From: Candidatus Omnitrophota bacterium
GTDB taxonomy: Bacteria > Omnitrophota > Omnitrophia > Omnitrophales > Aquincolibacteriaceae
DNA length: 64,000 nucleotides
Assembly (NCBI GenBank): GCA_043732705.1
Contig: JAYTHE010000002.1
Coordinates: forward strand, 191,608-255,607
Direction: 5' to 3'
The translations under genes were made by a program, and so were the position numbers. The notes beneath the pieces are model-generated. The model was not told where the DNA came from. It made no database searches and saw nothing but the letters and a program-made list of their open reading frames with translations. Of the stretch, positions 60,276 through 64,000 are shown in pieces (the stretch's first letter is position 1; the number at the start of each line of letters is the position of its first letter).

Positions 60276-60941
60276 ATGAAAATCCGCGTACTTGTTTTTA
60301 TACTTTTTATGAGCGCTTTAATTTCTTCCGCGTATGCAGCCGAGTATGAGCTTGATTCCGCACACACGGCCGTAACCTTTAAAATCCGCCATTTACTTTC
60401 TAACGTAAACGGAACATTTGACAAGTTTGAAGGGAAGTTTTCTTATACCCCGGATAAACCCGAAGAGTGGAAGGTGGAAGCAAAGATTCAGGCGGACAGC
60501 GTCAACACCCGCAATGAGCAGCGTGACAATCATTTGAAGTCAGCTGATTTTTTTGATGCGATCCACTACCCTGAAATTACTTTTAAAAGTACAAAAGTAA
60601 CAGATTATAAAAAAGGTCACGCTAAACTGCATGGACTGTTGAATATGCATGGCGTTGAAAAAGAAGTGGTCATGGACTTGGAAGTTTTAGGTCTGGAAAA
60701 GGATCCTTGGGGCAATGAGCTTGCCGGTTTCAGCGCAACAACAAAGCTCAACCGTAAAGATTATGGGCTTGTTTGGAATCAGCTGGCCGAGTCAGGTAAG
60801 CTGCTTGTGGGCGAAGAAGTTCAAATTACGATTGATGTGGAAGGTAAAACGATTACTTCCCAGGCTCCTGCAGAAATGGCGGCGTCCGATGCCGCAGAAA
60901 AAGTTCCCGATGATGTTACAACAGAAAAAAAACCTTCTTAA
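60276..60941 (+). CDS. YceI-family periplasmic protein
   Basis: Signal peptide, then YELDSAHTAVTFKIRHLLSNVNGTF ... is the YceI N-terminal signature. Confidence 0.8.
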   Translation: MKIRVLVFILFMSALISSAYAAEYELDSAHTAVTFKIRHLLSNVNGTFDKFEGKFSYTPDKPEEWKVEAKIQADSVNTRNEQRDNHLKSADFFDAIHYPEITFKSTKVTDYKKGHAKLHGLLNMHGVEKEVVMDLEVLGLEKDPWGNELAGFSATTKLNRKDYGLVWNQLAESGKLLVGEEVQITIDVEGKTITSQAPAEMAASDAAEKVPDDVTTEKKPS

Positions 60942-60962
60942 AAATAACCAAAGGAAAATAAA

Positions 60963-61223
60963 ATGAAAACGCAAAATAAAAAGTTTGTAGTTGCTGCGAT
61001 TGCCGGTTTGATGGCGGTTGCGGGTTCTCTTTCCGTTCAGGCGATCGCGCAGGCCGAAGATGTGCATTGCTACGGTGTTAACAAATGCAAGGGTACGGGC
61101 GATTGCGGCGGAAAAGGTACGAGCTGCGCCGGGACAAATTCTTGCAAGGGTCAGGGTTGGGTTACGATGGCTAAAGATGCTTGTCTGAAAATGGATGGCG
61201 GATCATTAGAAGCCAAAGCCTAA
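60963..61223 (+). CDS. Bufferin-like RiPP precursor (DUF2282, six-Cys family) with a Sec signal peptide
   Basis: An 86-aa protein. Signal peptide, then HCYGVNKCKGTGDCGGKGTSCAGTNSCKGQGW ... DACLKMDGG, giving six Cys in the spacing of DUF2282/BufA-type precursors. It lies immediately upstream of an MNIO gene. Confidence 0.6.
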   Translation: MKTQNKKFVVAAIAGLMAVAGSLSVQAIAQAEDVHCYGVNKCKGTGDCGGKGTSCAGTNSCKGQGWVTMAKDACLKMDGGSLEAKA

Positions 61224-61314
61224 GCAAAGCACTCGAGAGATGTAAAAGGAGGGAGTTTATGCTCCCTCCTTTTTTATTTTCACCTAAAATCGATACCAAA
61301 GTTAAAATAGTCGC

Positions 61315-62988
61315 ATGTTAATTCAACCGCGCAATAATTTAGGGCATGGTGTGGGGCTGCGCTCCGAGCATTTCAATGAAATTCTTGAAACCAAACCCAA
61401 GGTTGATTGGTTTGAAGCTATTTCTGAAAACTTTATGGATACGGAAGGGCGCCCTCTCCATATTTTAGAAAAAATTCGCGCGGATTATCCGGTGGTACTG
61501 CACGGAACCTCTTTATCGATCGGTTCCGCGGGCGGTCTGAGCGCTGTTTATTTGGAAAAACTCAAAAAATTAGCTGACCGAATTCAGCCGGCAATGGTAT
61601 CAGACCATTTATGCTGGGCTGATCATGGCGGTAAACGTCTTTTTGATTTGCTGCCGCTGCCTTTCACTGAAGAATCATTGAAGCTCGTTGTTAGGCACGT
61701 TGATCAATTGCAAAGTTTTTTAGGTCGCCGTATTTTGCTTGAAAATGTTTCCGCCTATATTGCTTTTAAACATTCTGAAATGACGGAATGGGATTTTCTT
61801 GACCAGGTCGCGAAGCGAAGCGGCTGCGGTATTTTGCTCGATGTGAATAATATTTATGTGAATAGTTTTAATCACGGCTTCGACCCGCTTGAATATTTGA
61901 ACGGCATATCACCCGAACACGTTTTTCAATATCACATCTCCGGCCATACTGATAAAGGCAAATTTCTTTTCGATACGCATGTCGGTGAGATAATTGATCC
62001 GGTCTGGCAGCTATATGCGACCGCCGTCCGGCGGTTCGGTGACATTTCATCGCTGATTGAATGGGATTCCGAAATCGGCAGCTTGGATCAATTAATTGAA
62101 TTGAATGAAAAAAGCAGAGCCATTGCGAAACAATCTCAGACCGGAGATCGGAGACCGGAGGCCGGAGGGCTAAGAGCTTCCAGCCCTCGTGTCTCGGGTC
62201 TAGGGCCTAAACTTGATCATGTTCAATCCATGTTTGCCTCAGAAATATTGAAGAAATCAAAAACGGCTTTAGCTGAGCTGTTAGAAAAACAGGCCGGTGA
62301 TCCGGGAATTGAACGTGTTGAGGTTTATGCGGAAGGTTATCCGGCGCGCATCCGCGATGCCCTGCTCGAATGTTATCCCGCGATCCATAAAGTTTTAGGC
62401 GAGGGTGTTTTTACGGAGCTGGCGCTTGAATTTGCGGGCTCGCGCAGTTTTGATCATTATAATTTGAGCCGTGCCGCGGATCACTTTCCCGTTTTTTTAC
62501 AGATGAGTTCCCGCAACGAAGAGTTTCCTTTTCTGAGAGATTTGGCGCAGCTTGAAAAATCCGTTCAACGGTCCTTTCATGCCGAAATAAAAGCTTCCGC
62601 GACCGGCGTGGATTTTGCGGAGAAAGCCGCCAGTGACGGTGAAAATGTGGTTTTTCAATTTCAGCCGCATGTTTTTGCCGTGCGTTCATTTTGGCCGATT
62701 CTTGATATTTGGAATGCGCGCAATCTTCCTCCTGATCAAATTAAGATTCAAGTTGAAGGCCGCGCCCAGGCTGTTTTGATTTACCGCCGCGGCGAACAGG
62801 TTGTCTGCCAAAAAGCAGAGGCGCTGGAGGCCGCTATTTTGCAAAGTTTGATGGATGGTAATCCGCTGGGAAAAGCTTTTGATGTGATGACGGAAGCTGA
62901 TGATATGACCCCCGTTCAAGGTTGGTTTTCAAGTTGGCTTGCTAATGGGCTGATTGCTAGCTTTGAGCAGATAGCAGATAGCAAATAG
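61315..62988 (+). CDS. MNIO enzyme (DUF692) fused to its DUF2063 partner (BufB-BufC-like fusion)
   Basis: The N-terminal 270 aa (GHGVGLRSEHFNEIL ... VDWFEAISENFMD ... YPVVLHGTSLSIG ... LLENVSAYI) are the DUF692/MbnB-like TIM-barrel signature. The C-terminal 280 aa have DUF2063-like character. The linker (QTGDRRPEAGGLRASSPRVSGLGPKL) is encoded by the dispersed heptameric repeat. Confidence 0.6.
   Translation: MLIQPRNNLGHGVGLRSEHFNEILETKPKVDWFEAISENFMDTEGRPLHILEKIRADYPVVLHGTSLSIGSAGGLSAVYLEKLKKLADRIQPAMVSDHLCWADHGGKRLFDLLPLPFTEESLKLVVRHVDQLQSFLGRRILLENVSAYIAFKHSEMTEWDFLDQVAKRSGCGILLDVNNIYVNSFNHGFDPLEYLNGISPEHVFQYHISGHTDKGKFLFDTHVGEIIDPVWQLYATAVRRFGDISSLIEWDSEIGSLDQLIELNEKSRAIAKQSQTGDRRPEAGGLRASSPRVSGLGPKLDHVQSMFASEILKKSKTALAELLEKQAGDPGIERVEVYAEGYPARIRDALLECYPAIHKVLGEGVFTELALEFAGSRSFDHYNLSRAADHFPVFLQMSSRNEEFPFLRDLAQLEKSVQRSFHAEIKASATGVDFAEKAASDGENVVFQFQPHVFAVRSFWPILDIWNARNLPPDQIKIQVEGRAQAVLIYRRGEQVVCQKAEALEAAILQSLMDGNPLGKAFDVMTEADDMTPVQGWFSSWLANGLIASFEQIADSK
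62137..62207. repeat. Composite inverted copy of the heptameric repeat forming the MNIO-DUF2063 linker
   Basis: GACCGGAGATCGGAGACCGGAGGCCGGAGGG-ctaagagcttccagccctcg-TGTCTCGGGTCTAGGGCC. The two halves are in opposite orientations around a GAGGGCT/AGCCCTC hairpin. Confidence 0.75.
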
Positions 62989-63037
62989 CCATAAAAAGAA
63001 AGATCGTGTTTCTGCTCAAGGCTATGAGCTGAACTTT

Positions 63038-63424
63038 ATGGATAAATTTAAGATCACTCCTGAAATTCAATTGCGAATCGACAATGATTTTCAATGCCAG
63101 CGCTGCAATGAATGCTGCCACAGGCCGGGATATGTTTATTTGAAGGAGGGTGAGGCGGAACGCATTGCGGAATATTTAAAAATGCCGCTTTATGATTTCA
63201 CGGATCAACATTGCGAAGTAATTGCGCGGCGGCATTTGGTTTTAAAAAAACTTCCTGATGAAACCTGTATCTTTTTGACGGAGGGCGGTTGTTCTATTCA
63301 TGCCGTCAAGCCGGATCAATGCCGCGAATTTCCATACCGTTGGCATACGCCGGCAAGTTGGGATTATTGCGCGGGTTTACGCGCGCTGCGTGATACCATG
63401 GCAGACAAGAAAGAAGGCGTATAA
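63038..63424 (+). CDS. YkgJ-family Zn/Fe-S cluster protein (CxxCxxCC, UPF0153)
   Basis: CQRCNECCHRPGYVYL ... GGCSIHAVKPDQCREFPY. Confidence 0.55.
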   Translation: MDKFKITPEIQLRIDNDFQCQRCNECCHRPGYVYLKEGEAERIAEYLKMPLYDFTDQHCEVIARRHLVLKKLPDETCIFLTEGGCSIHAVKPDQCREFPYRWHTPASWDYCAGLRALRDTMADKKEGV

Positions 63425-63425
63425 A

Positions 63426-64000
63426 ATGCTGCATCATTGGATGGCTCAACTTCTGGTTTTAGCCGCGACACCATGGGGACCCTTTGTTTTAATCATCAAC
63501 GCTTATATTGAAGCGTTTTTCTCGCCGATTCCACATGACCCCGTTTTGATGACTGTGGCTTTGGCTGATCCTAAAAACAGTTTTCTTTATGCCGCGATCA
63601 GCGTGCTTGCCGCTACTTTAGGTATGGCAAGCAGTTATGGGGTTGGGCGATGGGGAAGGAAAACGGCGTTGGTTAAAATTTTTGGCAACCGGCATATGGC
63701 CGAAATCCAGGCGCTCATTTTGCGTTACCAAAATAAGGCCACTTTAGTCGCGCTTTTTACGCCCGTTCCCGACAAGCTTTACTCCATGATGGCGGGGTTG
63801 ATGAAGCTGGACTTTAAAATGTTTATGCTGATTACTTTTATTTCCCGCTTTTTTCGGTATTTTTTCACCGCGACGCTTGTTTTTGTTTATGGCGAGACCA
63901 TACGCAGCTTGTTGATGCATTCCCTGCATTGGATTTTACTGGGCGTGGTCGTAATCGGAGTGGGGCTTTATTTTGCGACCAAATTGTTTTATAGTTTGTT
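63426..64000 (+). CDS. DedA/YqaA-family (VTT-domain) membrane protein, truncated by the window end
   Basis: ATG at 63426. Open to the end of the window, so absent from the ORF track. YIEAFFSPIPHDPVLM and several TM helices. Confidence 0.45.
   Translation, partial: MLHHWMAQLLVLAATPWGPFVLIINAYIEAFFSPIPHDPVLMTVALADPKNSFLYAAISVLAATLGMASSYGVGRWGRKTALVKIFGNRHMAEIQALILRYQNKATLVALFTPVPDKLYSMMAGLMKLDFKMFMLITFISRFFRYFFTATLVFVYGETIRSLLMHSLHWILLGVVVIGVGLYFATKLFYSL

Overview
Roughly 64 kb of chromosomal DNA from a Gram-negative (diderm) bacterium of unclear phylum. GC content is moderate and gene density is high, mostly on the + strand. No rRNA, tRNA, CRISPR array or transposase was seen. In order along the window: (1) a glutathione peroxidase followed by a complete cobalamin-uptake operon (TonB-dependent receptor, BtuF-like binding protein, FecCD permease, ATPase, CobO/BtuR adenosyltransferase), with a possible B12 riboswitch leader upstream; (2) two tandem Hsp20 genes; (3) ThpR, a YbeD-like protein, DapL and an MsbA-like ABC exporter; (4) a decayed thermolysin-family (protealysin-like) M4 protease pseudogene next to an intact small ORF that may be its emfourin-type inhibitor; (5) a roughly 11 kb surface-polysaccharide biosynthesis locus (pyruvyl transferases, GT31/GT25/GT4 glycosyltransferases, Wzy-like polymerase, FkbM methyltransferase, acetyltransferase) with homopolymeric G/C tracts, one of which has frameshifted a gene; (6) a 1363-aa secreted giant protein and a Fic-domain gene flanked by about 62-bp direct repeats, sitting between the biosynthesis genes and a polysaccharide export block (OMP, Wza-like, unknown, Wzc-like, WbaP-like); (7) amt-glnK, galE, and a porin plus pstSCAB operon preceded by 11-bp-periodic Pho-box-like hexamers; (8) thiD, thrH, hemB, a HIT protein and YceI; (9) at the 3' end, a bufferin-like RiPP cluster: a DUF2282 six-Cys precursor followed by a single ORF that fuses an MNIO (DUF692) enzyme to a DUF2063 partner. 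Two families of small dispersed repeats recur: a heptameric GTCTCSG-type tandem repeat embedded in frame in five coding sites, and a 27-bp GNRA-loop hairpin present in three intergenic copies. All calls rest on motif recognition by eye. No database search was run.
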